Positions 49,074-59,443 are shown, counted from the first letter of the stretch. The stretch is DNA of 64,000 nucleotides from Ferroacidibacillus organovorans (GCF_001642725.1 NZ_LSUQ01000010.1:1-64000), one strand, 5' to 3'. Numbers and translations: made by a program. Notes: generated by a model from the sequence alone, not told the origin.

Positions 49074-49436
49074 ATGAATCAAACCGTACTCGTTGTGGAT
49101 GACGCAGCATTTATGCGCATGATGGTCAAAGAAATTCTTACGAAAAATGGATTTCAGGTGATCGGGGAAGCGAACGACGGCGCGCAAGCGGTTGAGCGTT
49201 ATAAAGAATTGCGACCAGATCTTGTGACGATGGATATCACGATGCCGGAGATGGATGGTATTCAGGCTTTACGCGAGATCAAATCGTTTGATCCTGCAGC
49301 AAAAGTGATCATGTGTTCTGCGATGGGACAGCAGGCTATGGTCATCGAAGCCATTCAGGCTGGCGCGCGCGACTTCATTGTAAAACCGTTTCAGGCTGAG
49401 CGGGTCGTTGAAGCTGTAAAGAAAACGTTGGGCTAG
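49074..49436 (+). CDS. cheY: chemotaxis response regulator CheY
   Basis: VVDDAAFMRMM, MDITMPEMDG, CSAMGQ, FIVKPF. Confidence 0.97.
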   Translation: MNQTVLVVDDAAFMRMMVKEILTKNGFQVIGEANDGAQAVERYKELRPDLVTMDITMPEMDGIQALREIKSFDPAAKVIMCSAMGQQAMVIEAIQAGARDFIVKPFQAERVVEAVKKTLG

Positions 49437-49440
49437 TCAA

Positions 49441-49869
49441 ATGAACGCGATGATGACTTTGCGGTACGTTCTCAGCTTTTTCTTTATTCTCGTGCTTGCC
49501 TATTACTCGATACGCCTGTTAGGCAAACGCGTGCCGAGCGCGCAGGGACGATCACGCGTCTTGCGTGTCGTGTCGGCTCACCCGCTAGGCCAAAACAAGA
49601 CGTTACAGGTGGTCGTCTTTGATGAAAAAACTGTTTTGCTCCTAGGGGTCGGCAGCGACGTGTCCTGTGTTGCGCGCTTTGACGATGAAGAACTGGTTGC
49701 TCGTTTGACGCGCACGCAACGCGAGAGTCAGATTGTTGAGCCTGCATTTTCGTGGATGCGCAATCGACTGCAAAAAAATCGCGCACTTTCGGACGAAGCG
49801 GCGTTTTCGGAGCTTCTCTCCAAGCGAATTGACGGTATGATGCAGTATCGCAGTCAGCATTCAGATTGA
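49441..49869 (+). CDS. fliO: flagellar biosynthesis protein FliO/FliZ
   Basis: N-terminal TM, LGQNKTLQVV...LLGV; position before fliP. Confidence 0.85.
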   Translation: MNAMMTLRYVLSFFFILVLAYYSIRLLGKRVPSAQGRSRVLRVVSAHPLGQNKTLQVVVFDEKTVLLLGVGSDVSCVARFDDEELVARLTRTQRESQIVEPAFSWMRNRLQKNRALSDEAAFSELLSKRIDGMMQYRSQHSD

Positions 49870-49888
49870 TGAAGAGGGGAAATGGTTT

Positions 49889-50641
49889 GTGAAGAGACGC
49901 ATGGTGTGGTTTAGCGCGCCAGCTTTGTTTTTGGCGCTACCCGTTGCGCTCGCACACGCTCAAACCTCTTCGTCGGGTCTCGCGATCCATCTCACGGCGC
50001 CCACCACGCCTTCAGGAACCGTTGGCGTTTTACAAATCATCCTGTTGCTCACAGTGCTCAGCGTTGCGCCAGCGATTCTTATCATGATGACTTCGTTTAC
50101 GCGTATCATCATCGTCCTCTCCTTTGTGAGAAGCGCATTATCACTGCAGCAGTCCCCACCCAATCAGGTGCTGATTGGGCTCGCCATTTTTCTCTCGATG
50201 TTCATAATGGCGCCAACGTTTTCTGCCGTAAATCACAATGCACTTCAGCCGTATCTGGCGGGGCACATTTCGCAGTCCACAGCATTGGCAGAAGCTGAGC
50301 AACCATTTAAAGTGTTTATGGCAAGGCAGACGCGCGTGGCGGATGTACAATTGTTGCTAACGTATCGGCACGAAAAGACGCCGTCCAATTTAACCGACTT
50401 GCCGATTACAACGCTCATACCAGCGTTCGCGCTCAGTGAACTGAAAACCGCTTTTCAAATTGGATTCATGATTTATATTCCATTTCTCGTTATTGATTTA
50501 GTCGTTGCTACAACACTTATGTCTATGGGAATGATGATGCTCCCACCTGTATTGATATCACTTCCTTTCAAGTTGTTGCTCTTTGTCATGGTAGACGGAT
50601 GGTATCTTGTCGTGCGCTCTTTACTGTATGGATTCCACTAG
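49889..50641 (+). CDS. fliP: flagellar export protein FliP
   Basis: MMTSFTRI, PPNQVL, SELKTAFQIGF, MGMMMLPP. Confidence 0.97.
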   Translation: MKRRMVWFSAPALFLALPVALAHAQTSSSGLAIHLTAPTTPSGTVGVLQIILLLTVLSVAPAILIMMTSFTRIIIVLSFVRSALSLQQSPPNQVLIGLAIFLSMFIMAPTFSAVNHNALQPYLAGHISQSTALAEAEQPFKVFMARQTRVADVQLLLTYRHEKTPSNLTDLPITTLIPAFALSELKTAFQIGFMIYIPFLVIDLVVATTLMSMGMMMLPPVLISLPFKLLLFVMVDGWYLVVRSLLYGFH

Positions 50642-50699
50642 ATTGAAAGAGGATTTTGTCAAATCTTGTCGAATTGAGTAGGTTAAGCGGAGTGATTGT

Positions 50700-50969
50700 G
50701 TGAATGCGAACTTTGTGGTCGGATTGGGGCAGCAGGTCGTCCTCTTAATTCTCGAACTCGCAGGCCCGCTTTTGTTGGTGGGACTTGTCGTTGGACTTTT
50801 GATCAGTATTTTTCAGGCTACGACACAAATTCAGGAGCAATCGCTGACGTTTATTCCGAAGATTGTCGCGGTGATTGTCGTTTTGTTTCTCGCAGGTCCG
50901 TGGATGCTTTCGCAAATTACGGATTTTACCAGCAACATTCTCGGTAATCTCGGTCAATTTGTAAACTGA
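50700..50969 (+). CDS. fliQ: flagellar export protein FliQ
   Basis: FQATTQIQEQSLTFIPKI, GPWM. Confidence 0.96.
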   Translation: MNANFVVGLGQQVVLLILELAGPLLLVGLVVGLLISIFQATTQIQEQSLTFIPKIVAVIVVLFLAGPWMLSQITDFTSNILGNLGQFVN

Positions 50970-51754
50970 TGTTGACTGCGTTTGTCTTGCAAAACGTCTG
51001 GGTGTTTCTCTTGATCTTTACGCGTGTCGTGAGTTTTGTCGGGATTATGCCGGGGTTTCCTCAAGCACAGATTCCAGGTATGGTAAAGGTGTTGCTCAGT
51101 TTTTTTCTAACGTTTGTACTCTATAATTCTCTGCCTCATCCAGTGCTGTCTGAGACGCTCACGAGCATGATCGTTCCGCTATTTCTTGAAGCGGGCACAG
51201 GATTTGCGATCGGCATTGTGGCGAATGCCATATTTCTTGGCATTCAGTTCGCAGGTGAACTGTTGGATGTTCAAACCGGTTTTTCTATCAGTTCGATTGT
51301 CAGTCCGGGGACGATTGGGCCGACTAGCCTTATAACGAATCTCTATACTGTTCTATTCACGCTATGGTTTTTTTCCGTTGATGGTCACGATGTGTTGTTT
51401 TTGGCTTTATTTCACAGTTTTCGTGTCATTCCGCTTGGGCACGCGCAATTTGGCGGGCAGGGCGTCTCAAGCACCATGCTTGACGCGCTTGCATCGCTTA
51501 CGCTATTGGGCGTTGAGGTAGCTGCACCGATCTTGCTAGCGCTTTTTCTGACGAATGTCTCTCTTGCCGTCGCATCGCGCGCCGTTCCACAAATGAACGT
51601 TTTTTTTGTAGGCTTGCCGATTACTCTCTTCATTGGACTGGCGCTGATCTTGCTGCTGATTCCGGATATGACTGTTGCTTTTCAACAAGTCATGCTCGCG
51701 ATGGATGATGAGACCAACAGGATGATTCAAATGCTTGGGGGCTTTCACGCGTGA
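50969..51754 (+). CDS. fliR: flagellar export protein FliR
   Basis: AGELLDVQTGF, DGH, RAVPQMNVF. Confidence 0.94.
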   Translation: MLTAFVLQNVWVFLLIFTRVVSFVGIMPGFPQAQIPGMVKVLLSFFLTFVLYNSLPHPVLSETLTSMIVPLFLEAGTGFAIGIVANAIFLGIQFAGELLDVQTGFSISSIVSPGTIGPTSLITNLYTVLFTLWFFSVDGHDVLFLALFHSFRVIPLGHAQFGGQGVSSTMLDALASLTLLGVEVAAPILLALFLTNVSLAVASRAVPQMNVFFVGLPITLFIGLALILLLIPDMTVAFQQVMLAMDDETNRMIQMLGGFHA

Positions 51755-52833
51755 TTCGACTTGAGTTGCAGCGTTTTGCTGAAAAAACGGAACAGGCGAC
51801 ACCTAAGCGGAGGCAGGATGCTCGTCAAAAGGGACGCGTAGCAAAAAGTCCCGACCTCACTTCGAGTTTGAGTTTTTTGGCGGCGGTGGTCGGAATGTCT
51901 GTCTTTGGCAGTAATCTGCTCGGCGCAGTGATGCGGCTCTTGCAAAATTGCCTCAGCCTGTTTGTCGTATCGGCGAGTCAAAAAACACCCCACATTAAGC
52001 AACTCATTCTTCCGGGCATTACGCAAGTGGGGCTCGCGCTCATACCGATTGTTCTGACGATCATGCTTATCGGCATGCTTGCCGCTTTTTTTCAGGTGGG
52101 TCCTATGTTCACACTGTCGACGATTATGCCCGACTTTTCGAAAATTAACCCGCTTGAAGGTATTCGTCGTCTGTTCTCTTTGCACGCAATCGTTGAGTCG
52201 ATCAAGTCGATTGTCAAACTGTCGCTGATCGGTGTCGCGCTTTATGCCGCAGTGGTTCACACACAGGTTCAATACGCCTTTTTGATGGAATCGTCGACGC
52301 CAGTCATCATCGATTCTTATCTCACGAACGCAAATACCATCTTGCTGTACTCTGCGGTAATGTTTGCAGCGGTGTCTGTCGCAGACTATTTTTATCAACG
52401 CTATCAGTTTTCCCAGTCGCTACGCATGTCGCGACAAGATGTTCGCGACGAGCAGCGCGACCAAGAGGGAAATCCGCAAATGCGCCGCAGAATACGCGAA
52501 CAGGGCAGAGCAATCGCGCGAAGAAGAATGATGCAAAAGGTACCGAATGCGGATGTGATCATCACCAACCCCACCCACTTTGCCGTCGCTCTACGCTATG
52601 ACGCAAAGACAATGCAAGCGCCTCAGGTGGTGGCAAAAGGCATTGACGAAACGGCGCAACGCATTCGCGAAGTGGCGCGTCAACACGATGTTCCGATTGT
52701 CGAGAACAAGCCATTGGCGCGCGCGCTTTACCAGACGGTCGAACTGGATGAGTTTGTGCCAGGAACGCTGTTTCAAGCGGTGGCGGAAGTTTTGGCGTAT
52801 GTGTACCGCTTGCGCGGACGCGCGCTTTCGTGA
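51751..52833 (+). CDS. flhB: flagellar export protein FlhB
   Basis: EKTEQATPKR, EGNP, TNPTH autocleavage motif. Confidence 0.97.
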   Translation: MIRLELQRFAEKTEQATPKRRQDARQKGRVAKSPDLTSSLSFLAAVVGMSVFGSNLLGAVMRLLQNCLSLFVVSASQKTPHIKQLILPGITQVGLALIPIVLTIMLIGMLAAFFQVGPMFTLSTIMPDFSKINPLEGIRRLFSLHAIVESIKSIVKLSLIGVALYAAVVHTQVQYAFLMESSTPVIIDSYLTNANTILLYSAVMFAAVSVADYFYQRYQFSQSLRMSRQDVRDEQRDQEGNPQMRRRIREQGRAIARRRMMQKVPNADVIITNPTHFAVALRYDAKTMQAPQVVAKGIDETAQRIREVARQHDVPIVENKPLARALYQTVELDEFVPGTLFQAVAEVLAYVYRLRGRALS

Positions 52834-52873
52834 GTGTATTAAATATGGGTTTTACTGAGAGGAGGATTGGTGG

Positions 52874-54907
52874 ATGAGTCGTTTTGTGTGGCTGCCTTTG
52901 CTCGGTATTATCGGGATTATTGCCATGCTCGTCATTCCGATTCCCCCGACACTGTTGGATGTGCTTCTCATCATCAATCTTTCTATTTCACTTACGGTAC
53001 TGCTCGTCGCCATGTCGATCCGGGAAGCGCTCGACTTCTCCGTTTTCCCTTCACTTTTATTGGTGACGACGTTGTTTCGACTCGCGTTAAACGTATCGTC
53101 GACACGTCTGATCCTCACGCAGGGCTATGCGGGTCATGTGATTGAAACGTTTGGCAGCTTTGTCATCGGGAGCAACGCAGTGGTCGGCGTCATTGTTTTT
53201 ATTATTTTAATTATTATTCAGTTTATTGTCATCACACGCGGTGCGGAGCGGGTCGCCGAAGTCGCTGCGCGCTTTACGCTCGATGCGATGCCCGGAAAAC
53301 AGATCAGCATTGACGCCGATTTGAACTCGGGGCTTATTAATGAAACGGATGCCCGGCAAAGGAGGAAGGCGATCGAACAAGAGGCGGACTTTTACGGCGC
53401 GATGGACGGCGCGAGCAAATTTGTCAAAGGGGATGCGATCGCCTCGATGATCATCGTTGCCGTCAACATCATTGGCGGCTTCATTATCGGAATGGCGCAG
53501 CTCAACCTGTCGTTTTCTCAAGCCATCACCCAGTTTACACAATTGTCTGTGGGAGACGGCCTTGTGAGTCAGATTCCAGCGCTTCTTTTGTCCACGGCAA
53601 CCGGCCTCATCGTTACGAGGTCTGCAACGTCTGAGCATCTTGGAAAAGACATCTTGCAACAGATTTTCTCGAATTCTACCATGCTCTCCATTGTGGCGGG
53701 GTTGATCGTGTTACTCGGCATTTTCACGCCAATCAGTATTCTTCCGACGCTCCCCGTGGCGATCATTTTTTTATTCGCCTCGCGGCGATTGGTCAGACGA
53801 AAAAAGGAGGCGGACGCGCGCGCGCTGCAGGAGGCGGAACAAAAGAAAACGGCGACGACCAAAAGCCCAGAGAGCATGTACGGGTTGCTACATATTGAAC
53901 CGATTGAATTTGAATTTGGTTATGCGTTAGTCCCTATGGCTGATCGCAGTCAAGGCGGAGATCTACTGGAACGCGTAGGCTTAATAAGAAAACAATGTGC
54001 GCTTGATCTCGGTATTGTCGTGCCTATGATACGATTTCGTGATAATCTTCAATTAAAACCGAATGAGTATATCATTAAAATTCGAGGTACTGAGGTTGCA
54101 AGGTTTGAACTTGTCCCCAATCACTACTTGGCGATGAGCGGTCCGGTTTCCGATCCGATGATTATGGGTATTCCGACAAAGGAGCCTGCGTTTGGACTGC
54201 CGGCAGAGTGGGTCAACGATACGATGCGCGAGCGCGCTGTGCTTTCTGGCTACACAGTCGTCGATCCACCTTCGCTGATTGCGACGCATCTCACCGAAAT
54301 TTTGAAGACCCATGCAGATGAGCTTTTAGGGCGTCAGGAAGTGCGCACACTCCTTGATGCAGTAAAAGAGAGACACCCTGTCCTGCTTGAAGAATTGGTG
54401 CCGCAACTGCTCGCCGTTGGAGATGTACAGCGCGTCCTGTGCAATCTTTTGCGCGAGCGTGTGAGCATTCGCGATCTTGTAAGCATCCTTGAAGCGCTCG
54501 CCGATCAGGCTCGCTTTACAAGAGACCCGGATGCACTATCTGAGTATGTCAGACAGCGTCTCGCGCGCCAGATTACAGATCAGGTGCGTTCTGGCGCCCC
54601 GTCGATCACGGCGATTACGCTCAGTCAAGCGACAGAGCGTCGGATCCAGGAGCACTTGACGCAAAACGAGCAAGGGTCACAGTTGGCGCTTGATCCACGT
54701 TTTACGGCACAGCTGATCAAAAATTTGGGAGAACACATCAACCGCTTGGCGGCGCTAGGTAAGAATTCGATTCTTTTGGTGTCGCCAGCCATTCGCGCGC
54801 AGTTGCGCAAAGTTATTCAACGAACACTTCCAGATCTTTCGGTTCTTTCGTATGCAGAACTGGATCCGGACGCACCGATTGAGAGTGGGGGGGTTGTCAA
54901 TCTCTGA
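52874..54907 (+). CDS. flhA: flagellar export protein FlhA
   Basis: RVAEVAARFTLDAMPGKQ, FYGAMDGASKFVKGD, GDGLVSQIP. Confidence 0.98.
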   Translation: MSRFVWLPLLGIIGIIAMLVIPIPPTLLDVLLIINLSISLTVLLVAMSIREALDFSVFPSLLLVTTLFRLALNVSSTRLILTQGYAGHVIETFGSFVIGSNAVVGVIVFIILIIIQFIVITRGAERVAEVAARFTLDAMPGKQISIDADLNSGLINETDARQRRKAIEQEADFYGAMDGASKFVKGDAIASMIIVAVNIIGGFIIGMAQLNLSFSQAITQFTQLSVGDGLVSQIPALLLSTATGLIVTRSATSEHLGKDILQQIFSNSTMLSIVAGLIVLLGIFTPISILPTLPVAIIFLFASRRLVRRKKEADARALQEAEQKKTATTKSPESMYGLLHIEPIEFEFGYALVPMADRSQGGDLLERVGLIRKQCALDLGIVVPMIRFRDNLQLKPNEYIIKIRGTEVARFELVPNHYLAMSGPVSDPMIMGIPTKEPAFGLPAEWVNDTMRERAVLSGYTVVDPPSLIATHLTEILKTHADELLGRQEVRTLLDAVKERHPVLLEELVPQLLAVGDVQRVLCNLLRERVSIRDLVSILEALADQARFTRDPDALSEYVRQRLARQITDQVRSGAPSITAITLSQATERRIQEHLTQNEQGSQLALDPRFTAQLIKNLGEHINRLAALGKNSILLVSPAIRAQLRKVIQRTLPDLSVLSYAELDPDAPIESGGVVNL

Positions 54908-56297
54908 TGTTCATCAAGAAGTTTGTCTACAAGACCATGCCACAGGCAATGGACGCAATTAAACAAGAGTTAGGGTCAGATGCCGTGATTCTGTCCAGCA
55001 GACGAATTCGCGCTCCAGGGATACTGGGGTGGTTTGGCGCTCAGTGGTATGAGGTTGTTGCGGCTGTAGATAGCGCAAAGGTACAGGATGAACGCGGCGC
55101 TATAAAACCCGAACGATTGCTATCTCAAGCACAATCACCAGCGCAAGTACCTCACCAGATCGCGGCTGGCGCACTTCGCGACATGTCCACGTTTCAGAGT
55201 GACGGACCTGCACTACCTCCTGTATTGTTGCGAGATAGCGCATTAGACCGCGGCGAAATCATGAAAAAGAGCGCGCCAAACGATCCGAGTACAAAGCGTT
55301 TGGACGTCGCGGCAATGACGCAACCGCGTTCGTCCGCGGGTGAACCACTTGATCGAGCCGTTGTTTCAACTGTGGCATTTTCCGATTCGTTGTCTATGGG
55401 TGATTCTACTGCACAGTTGGCTCGTGACATCAAGGATTTGCGAATGATGATTGCAACGATGGTTGCCAAAGATGCGGATCCAGAAGCGAGTGAACTTGGC
55501 TTACTTCTGACGCACTGGCGCGAAACGGGAATGTCGGCGACGCTTATAAAAAAATTCGAGGACTTGTATGGGTCAGTACCGTCGGCAAACCTTGGTGACT
55601 TGATTGCGCAATTTATTGAGCAGACACTCGTTCTGCCGACGCGCACGATACGCGCGGATGATCGGTGTGTTCTTTTTCTAGGGCCGACGGGTGTCGGGAA
55701 AACGACGACGATTGCCAAATTGGCGGCGCAGGCGAGACTGCGCGATCGTCGTAAAGTGGGACTGCTTACGGTAGATACGTTTCGCATCGCGGCGGTTGAA
55801 CAGTTGGGTGTCTACGCAACGATTCTGAACGTCCCCGTGGTTGTCGCTAAATCGCCTGAAGAGATTCCGGGATGTTTAGAACAATTAGCGTCGTGTGACC
55901 TGATTCTCGTTGATACAACGGGGCGAAGCTACCTTGACCAACAGGCCGTTCTAGAGCACAAAGAGGTGATTGGCGTACTCCCGGTGGATCTCTGTTATGC
56001 AGTGCTGAGTCTCAATGCGCGATACGCTGAGACAAAGCAGATGCTCACTGCGTTGTCAACAATGCATGTCGACGCATTGCTTTTACAAAACACGATGAAT
56101 CGATGCTTCCGTCTCTCGGCCTCTCGATGAGCGCAGAGTTCAATAAACCGTTATCCTATATTACAAACGGTCAGCATGTGCCGAATGATTTGTTTGAGGC
56201 GGATCTCCACACGATGATTTCAATTTTCCAGAGGAGAGACGAACGTGGCGGATCAAGCAGAGCGGTTGCGCGAGTGGACGAAGGCACAGACGACTGA
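54907..56297 (+). pseudogene. flhF: flagellar SRP-type GTPase FlhF with apparent 1-nt frameshift near C-terminus
   Basis: [31 protein letters not shown] in first frame; TKHDE and SYITNGQHVPNDL in second frame after T4 at 56081-56084. Confidence 0.85.
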
Positions 56298-57117
56298 CGC
56301 GTATCTCAGCCACACCCGTATTACAGCGATTGCCTCAGGCAAAGGCGGCGTGGGAAAATCAAACTTTGCATTAAATTATGCGATCGCCTTGGCGCAATTT
56401 GGTCAACAAATTGCAATTCTGGATGGGGATGTAGGATTTGCCAACCTTGATATCTTGAGTGGGGTGCGCGGTACCTATACCTTATCTTCCGTGTTGCGTG
56501 GAGAAGTATCGCTGCGCGGCGCATTCGTTACCTGTTATCCTGGTGTACAGCTGGCATCCGGCGGAGCTTCATCGCTTCTGGATGAATCCTATGCCGCAAT
56601 AAAGCTATCACGTTTGACGCGGGAATTGTTGACGCTACAGCGGGATTACGACCGTATTTTAATCGATTTTGGCGCTGGGTTTGGCCGTTTTTCGTCTGAG
56701 ATGATGGGGCTCAGTGATGATCTCATTTTAATATTGACGCCGGAACCGACGTCGCTTGCAGATTCTTATGCACTCTTAAAATACATTTCGCAACATGGTC
56801 GCACACCGCTTGTTCACGTGGTAGTCAATCGCGTCGTTCATCCGTCAGAAGGGGCGCTCACTGCCCAACGATTTAAATTGGTTGCGGAACGTTTTCTGGA
56901 TGTAAAAATTCAGCACCTCGGTTCAATTCCTGAGGATGAGGCAGTCAAGCGAGCGATCCAAAAACAAACGCCGCATCTTGTGCTCGAACCACAGTCGCGC
57001 GCCTCGCGCAACATCGTGCAGATGGCGCATGTGGCCGTTCACGGAAATGAACTCGCGCAACCGCCGCGCGGTATTCGAGCGTTTGTCGAACGGTTTTATC
57101 GAAAATCCCACGTCTAA
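56245..57117 (+). CDS. flhG: MinD/ParA-like flagellar number regulator FlhG/YlxH
   Basis: DQAERLR, ASGKGGVGKSN, TPEPTS..DSY. Confidence 0.93.
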   Translation: MADQAERLREWTKAQTTDAYLSHTRITAIASGKGGVGKSNFALNYAIALAQFGQQIAILDGDVGFANLDILSGVRGTYTLSSVLRGEVSLRGAFVTCYPGVQLASGGASSLLDESYAAIKLSRLTRELLTLQRDYDRILIDFGAGFGRFSSEMMGLSDDLILILTPEPTSLADSYALLKYISQHGRTPLVHVVVNRVVHPSEGALTAQRFKLVAERFLDVKIQHLGSIPEDEAVKRAIQKQTPHLVLEPQSRASRNIVQMAHVAVHGNELAQPPRGIRAFVERFYRKSHV

Positions 57118-57138
57118 AAACCAAAGGGGAAAATCTGT

Positions 57139-57597
57139 GTGGAGAAGGTTGTCCTATTTCGTGTAGGTTCAGAGCGGTTTGCAGTGCCAGTAGATCGTAT
57201 TCAATCGATTGAAAAGGTTCCAGAACTCACGCTTGTGCCGTATGTTCCAGCGTTTGTAAAAGGAATCACATCCCTGCGCGGTCAAGTCATCCCAGTGATC
57301 GATCTCGCTGAGCGTTTTTCATACGTGTCATCAGCGAGCGATCAAGAGCGCAGGATGCTTGTTGTTTCGACACGCGATGCGTGGGTCGGCCTTCTCGTGG
57401 ATGCGGCGCAGGACGTCATCGATGTTCAGGATGACGCGCGACGGCCTGCGCCGCGCGTCGGATTAGCCTTAAAACGGGAATTCTTGCTCGGCGTCCTTCA
57501 GCAAGAAGAGCAACTCATCATGATTCTTGACCTTGACGCTCTTTTTACAGATGAAGAAAAAAATGCGGTTCTCAGCGGAATGGAACAGAGCAAATGA
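57139..57597 (+). CDS. cheW: chemotaxis coupling protein CheW
   Basis: VPYVPAFVKGITSLRGQVIPVIDL, GLLVD. Confidence 0.94.
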   Translation: MEKVVLFRVGSERFAVPVDRIQSIEKVPELTLVPYVPAFVKGITSLRGQVIPVIDLAERFSYVSSASDQERRMLVVSTRDAWVGLLVDAAQDVIDVQDDARRPAPRVGLALKREFLLGVLQQEEQLIMILDLDALFTDEEKNAVLSGMEQSK

Positions 57598-58211
57598 CGC
57601 GTATCCTTTTACCTAAAGCTGCACAGGATGTCTTGCGCGAAATCGGGAACATCGGATCTGCCCACGCTGCAACTGCGCTTTCGACGATTCTTGACCACCG
57701 TGTCGATATGAATGTGCCGCTGGTCGAATTGGTCGAGTTTGATCATGTTGCAGATCTTGTCGGGGGTCCAGAGGAAGTCGTGGCGTGTGTTTTTTTGCGT
57801 GTCGAAGGAGAACTTTCGGGCAACCTCTTTCTTATCCTTTCGATAAGCGCGGCGAAGCGGTTGATTGCGAATTTGCTGCCCGCGGTTCATGAAGATGTAC
57901 CTTTTACTGCGATGGAAGAATCCGCACTATCCGAAATCGGGAACATTATGGCAGGGAGCTATCTTTCATCCCTTGCGACGCTTACGCGATTAAAGTTGTT
58001 TCCATCCGTTCCATCGATCGCGTTTGACATGGCGCAATCGCTCCTCACGATCGGCTTCTTGACAGGGGCCGCGAGTCGCGGGTATGCCATGATCATTCAC
58101 ACGGAGCTTGCATCCTCCCCGAAAGATGACCACGCCCACATTTTCTTTTTGCCTGATCCGGGGGAAGAGAATGTCTTACTAAAGGCGCTCGGCGTCGAGG
58201 TTGAGCCGTGA
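57594..58211 (+). CDS. cheC: chemotaxis phosphatase CheC
   Basis: DVLREIGNIG.AHAATALS, SALSEIGNI. Confidence 0.95.
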   Translation: MTRILLPKAAQDVLREIGNIGSAHAATALSTILDHRVDMNVPLVELVEFDHVADLVGGPEEVVACVFLRVEGELSGNLFLILSISAAKRLIANLLPAVHEDVPFTAMEESALSEIGNIMAGSYLSSLATLTRLKLFPSVPSIAFDMAQSLLTIGFLTGAASRGYAMIIHTELASSPKDDHAHIFFLPDPGEENVLLKALGVEVEP

Positions 58212-58690
58212 CAGTGATTGTGAAGGTGGGAATGGCAGATGCTGCGGTGGCCCACGCTCCGAATGTTTTGCGGACGCTTGGGCTTGGTTCGTGTATCGGC
58301 ATTGCACTTTATGATCCAGACGTGAAAGTGGCTGGACTGTCCCACATCATGTTACCCTCCAGTGAGGGACATCACGACGAGAATCCGGCGAAGTATGCAA
58401 ACACAGGGGTTCCTCATCTTCTTGAAATGATGGAACGCGAAGGCGCTAAACGATCACGCATCAAAGCGAAAATTGCTGGAGGGGCGCAGATGTTTCACTC
58501 TGCCTCCCTTCCGGAGATTGCGCGCGTTGGACCGCGAAATGTAGAGGCAGTTCGCGCAATTCTCCAATCCGTATCCATTGAGATCATCGCGCAAGAAGTG
58601 GGGGGCTCCATTGGTCGAACGGTTGAACTGGATGCGGAAACCGGACTGTATCACATCAAAACGGCTATGGCGTCTCCCTATGCCGTATAA
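58208..58690 (+). CDS. cheD: chemoreceptor glutamine deamidase CheD
   Basis: TLGLGSC, HIMLP, AKIAGGAQMF, GPRN. Confidence 0.96.
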   Translation: MTVIVKVGMADAAVAHAPNVLRTLGLGSCIGIALYDPDVKVAGLSHIMLPSSEGHHDENPAKYANTGVPHLLEMMEREGAKRSRIKAKIAGGAQMFHSASLPEIARVGPRNVEAVRAILQSVSIEIIAQEVGGSIGRTVELDAETGLYHIKTAMASPYAV

Positions 58691-58734
58691 TGAAATCGTT
58701 CATATGGATGAGTGATCCGCAGGAGGTTTGAAGT

Positions 58735-59244
58735 GTGCAGACCCTAGCATTGCAGGTAGTCTTGCTGTTAGTGACCATTGTTGTTGTTGTTTATCCGTTA
58801 AGACTTCAAAAGGCTAAACCTTCTTCACGCGAATCTTCGTCTTGGATAAAAACAGCGAGTGTGAAACTGCAAGAGATTGAAGATGAGTATCGCGCGCTCT
58901 TGCGCATGACCGAGACGTTAAGCGAAGAGGTTTCGCGCCTTGCAGAGCAGTATCATGCGCTAAGCACGGACCAAATCGCTTTTGCAGATGTGCAGAGTCG
59001 TCTTTTGGAGCTGGAACAAATGCAGGTGATCAGAGAGCCCGCGATTAAAGTCAAAAGCGCTAAGGAACGAACGGGGATTCCGGATTTTTTGCCGACACGC
59101 TATAAAAAGCTCGCTCGTCGACTCGTAGCTGGTGAAGACGTACGCGACCTTGCGAGTGAGTTTCAAATGAGCATCGGTGAAATTGAACTGGTCAGAAGCA
59201 TGGTGCAGATACCGGATTCAGACCAGGTGAAGGCGCCGTTTTAA
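58735..59244 (+). CDS. hypothetical protein, YlxL/SwrB-like (N-terminal TM, coiled coil, C-terminal HTH-like)
   Basis: AGGAGG RBS; C-terminal G.DV.DLA....MSIGEIEL; last gene of fla/che operon. Confidence 0.65.
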   Translation: MQTLALQVVLLLVTIVVVVYPLRLQKAKPSSRESSSWIKTASVKLQEIEDEYRALLRMTETLSEEVSRLAEQYHALSTDQIAFADVQSRLLELEQMQVIREPAIKVKSAKERTGIPDFLPTRYKKLARRLVAGEDVRDLASEFQMSIGEIELVRSMVQIPDSDQVKAPF

Positions 59245-59312
59245 AAAAGTGGTATCCTGTAGGCTTCTCTTGGCGCGGTATCTTGTGCAGAGTGTCTTTG
59301 GCCATCTGTGAC

Positions 59313-59341
59313 TTGTTCTATGCCGCTCCATATGGTATACT
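59313..59341 (+). promoter_or_regulatory. sigma-A-type promoter of rpsB-tsf
   Basis: TTGTTC-N17-TATACT with extended TG. Confidence 0.65.
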
Positions 59342-59354
59342 TTCGCAGGTTGAA

Positions 59355-59425
59355 TTCACACGCAGTCTGAGAGTGGGCAAGTCTGGCGTGCCAGGGCCTC
59401 ACTCGTCGAAGGCGGCGGAGGGAAA
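59355..59425 (+). promoter_or_regulatory. probable rpsB (S2) leader RNA
   Basis: CACACGC...GCGGAG flanking a long stem (GAGTGGGC/GCCTCACTC) between promoter and rpsB RBS. Confidence 0.55.
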
Positions 59426-59443
59426 ACTTGAGGAGGAATACCA

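Noticed and set aside
35684..59244. Export genes as a virulence type III secretion system; absence of motAB as unusual
   Set aside because: Rod, hook and switch genes show it is flagellar; motAB are normally encoded separately in Bacillales
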